IMG/VR virus record: IMGVR_UViG_3300032163_000007
Location: 21,587 to 85,586 of that record
Strand: one strand, 5' to 3'
Length of the DNA stretch: 64,000 nucleotides
From: a virus
Lineage: Duplodnaviria > Heunggongvirae > Uroviricota > Caudoviricetes
Both the position numbers and the translations under genes were made by a program. Shown one piece after another: positions 62,465 through 64,000 of this stretch (its first letter is position 1; each line of letters begins with the position of its first letter). The notes beneath the pieces are model-generated. The model was not told the DNA's origin. It saw nothing but the letters and a program-made list of their open reading frames with translations, and ran no database searches.

Positions 62465-62776
62465 ATGAGAGAAATAGAAACCATGAAAGACGTCGTAATG
62501 GACATCCTGAAGAAGGATCCTAAGTCGCGGGATTGCGATAAGCGTATGCTTACTGCTCTTGCGATGCGCAACTTCAACTTGAGAGAAGTCTGTAATAACG
62601 ATGGAGTGTTAATGGAAAGGGTTATAGGCATTTTCATGAAGCTTCCGTCAGGTTCTGCGATTCGCGCTCGTACGCACATTCAATGTGAGTTAGGAATGTA
62701 CCTACCCTCGCCGGAGGTCGCTAAGCGAAGAGGACAACGCTTTGAAGAGATCAAGGCAAATATACATACCTTATAG
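62465..62776 (+). CDS. hypothetical protein
   Basis: Listed ORF; RBS AGGAGG. Confidence 0.4.
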   Translation: MREIETMKDVVMDILKKDPKSRDCDKRMLTALAMRNFNLREVCNNDGVLMERVIGIFMKLPSGSAIRARTHIQCELGMYLPSPEVAKRRGQRFEEIKANIHTL

Positions 62777-62787
62777 GAGAAAACTAG

Positions 62788-63138
62788 ATGGATAAAATTA
62801 AGGCTCACGCCAAAGCATTACCTGTGGAGATGCGCTTACAGATATTAGAGAATGTCATGTTTAAGCATTTCAAAGAAGACTTCAAGAATCAAGTGGGGAC
62901 ATTCTACGGTGAGTATATAAAGGCCCAGACCACACCAATTCCCGAGTATGCTGACCTCATGACAGTAGAGGAGTTCATTGAGCGTGTGGTAACTGGAAGC
63001 ATCACTGATAACGATGGTCATGGCTTTTACGTAACCAATGACCTAATATACTCAATGTTTCCTGTGAACATAGGGAGCACCTATAACACAGCTTCAACAA
63101 AGAAGGGCTTCACACACGTGGCCTGGTTTAATAAATAG
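62788..63138 (+). CDS. hypothetical protein
   Basis: Listed ORF. Confidence 0.4.
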   Translation: MDKIKAHAKALPVEMRLQILENVMFKHFKEDFKNQVGTFYGEYIKAQTTPIPEYADLMTVEEFIERVVTGSITDNDGHGFYVTNDLIYSMFPVNIGSTYNTASTKKGFTHVAWFNK

Positions 63139-63147
63139 GAGGAAAGC

Positions 63148-63732
63148 ATGCCAACAGGATACACCTCAGACATTGAGGACGGAATTACGTTCAATGAATT
63201 TATTATGAATTGTGCCAGAGCTTTTGGAGCCTGCATCTCACTAAGGGATAGTAACGATCCCATACCCGAGAAGTTTGAAGTAGGTACCTACGAGGCCAAT
63301 GCTATAGTGGAGGCTAAGGCCAGACTGAAGATGCTCAACAAGATAGATCCAGCGACGCTAGCAGAGGCAGCGGAACTGTATAATGAGAAGAACATTCATC
63401 AGCACTGGGATTCCTTAGCAAAGGACACATCTCGAAGAGATGCCTATGAGGCTATGCTTAAACAGGTCAAAGCATGGAAACCACCAACAAAAGAGCACAA
63501 AGGGCTCAAAGAGTTTATGGTGGAGCAGATAAACTCTAGCATAGAGTGGGATTGTAATCATGAGCGCAGTATGCCTGAGGTGCTCACTCCTAAACGGTAC
63601 TTGGAGTTAGAGTTGGATCGCGCTAAATGCAATGTTGAGTACTTCACAAAGTCTCTGAAAGAAGAGAAAGCAAGAGTAGCGTCAAGAAACAAATGGATCA
63701 AGGCGCTGAGAGATTCAATAAAGGAGGCATGA
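63148..63732 (+). CDS. hypothetical protein
   Basis: Listed ORF; RBS AGGAGG. Confidence 0.4.
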   Translation: MPTGYTSDIEDGITFNEFIMNCARAFGACISLRDSNDPIPEKFEVGTYEANAIVEAKARLKMLNKIDPATLAEAAELYNEKNIHQHWDSLAKDTSRRDAYEAMLKQVKAWKPPTKEHKGLKEFMVEQINSSIEWDCNHERSMPEVLTPKRYLELELDRAKCNVEYFTKSLKEEKARVASRNKWIKALRDSIKEA

Positions 63733-63733
63733 C

Positions 63734-64000
63734 ATGGCAGACGTTTATCAGATGGTCACAGACCGTATCATCAAGAACTTAGAAGAGGGAAAGATTCCTT
63801 GGAAACGTCCATGGAAAGGTACCGAGCTCGCACCAAAGAACTTCGTGAGTCGGAAACCCTACAAGGGCTTCAACCTATTCATGCTGGCCTTCGAAACAGA
63901 GGAGTACTTCTTGACTTTCAACCAGGCCAAGAAACTCGGTGGACACATCAAGGCTGGAGCCAAGGGTCTCCCAGTCATTTATTGGAACATGAGTGAGGTC
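63734..64000 (+). CDS. ArdC-like (DUF1738) N-terminal ssDNA-binding domain protein, 3'-truncated by the window edge
   Basis: 'VYQMVTDRIIKNLEEGKIPWKRPW...KPYKGFNLFMLAF...GLPVIYW' parallels the ArdC/TraC N-domain; RBS AAGGAGG. Confidence 0.55.
   Translation, partial: MADVYQMVTDRIIKNLEEGKIPWKRPWKGTELAPKNFVSRKPYKGFNLFMLAFETEEYFLTFNQAKKLGGHIKAGAKGLPVIYWNMSEV

Noticed and set aside
63799-63996. 65-aa ORF at the window end
   Set aside because: It lies out of frame inside the ArdC-like ORF that starts at 63734 with a strong RBS.
262-64000. All minus-strand ORFs in the six-frame track (e.g. 262-507, 1961-2299, 4612-4926, 7329-7736, 9501-9872, 37130-37426, 59946-60425)
   Set aside because: Every one lies antisense inside a well-supported + strand gene. 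They have no RBS, and their composition mirrors the sense gene. The genome segment is transcribed unidirectionally.
1-64000. CRISPR arrays, retron msr/msd, or DGR template repeats
   Set aside because: No regularly spaced direct repeats with unique spacers and no reverse-transcriptase ORF were seen. Repeats found are promoter-like motifs, tRNA-associated elements and HEG cassettes.

Overview
This is a contiguous piece of a large lytic, T4-like bacteriophage genome. Nearly every supportable gene is on the + strand, and the minus-strand ORFs in the track look spurious. Order from the 5' end:

1. Recombination-dependent replication block: gp32-like SSB, RecA/UvsX recombinase, FEN/RNase H, SbcD/SbcC.
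2. Terminase large subunit and a phage-encoded sigma-70-family factor.
3. Class III anaerobic ribonucleotide reductase NrdD carrying a LAGLIDADG intein; its glycyl-radical domain is a separate small gene, and the NrdG activase lies about 35 kb downstream.
4. RuvC-like resolvase.
5. Two tRNA arrays, about 20 canonical tRNAs plus several degenerate or atypical ones, interrupted by HNH homing-endonuclease genes (HEGs). In total 6 free-standing HEGs plus the intein are present, and all six share a TATAATTAAGAT-ATG upstream element.
6. A translation and tRNA maintenance toolkit: RtcB, CCA-adding enzyme, PTH2, a GGQ-domain (RF/ArfB-like) peptidyl-tRNA hydrolase, and Ro60/Rsr with an upstream Y-RNA-like tRNA mimic.
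7. A 7-deazaguanine (preQ0/CDG-type) biosynthesis island: FolE2, QueD, QueE, a PTPS-III-like paralog and a Gpt-like PRTase, with no QueC in the window, plus a TGT-like DpdA candidate 9 kb downstream.
8. A PurA homolog that is a candidate PurZ.
9. ThyX (frameshifted), DNA ligase, GroES, lytic transglycosylase, an NrnA-like DHH phosphoesterase, a small-alarmone-hydrolase-like HD protein, a PP-family phosphatase and an ArdC-like N-terminus at the window edge.

Two recurring promoter-like motifs (TAAAGTAAGTTTTT...TATAG and GTAATATACATC) and several rho-independent terminators are visible. No CRISPR array was seen. Coordinates of RNA features were derived by eye and may be off by 1-2 nt.
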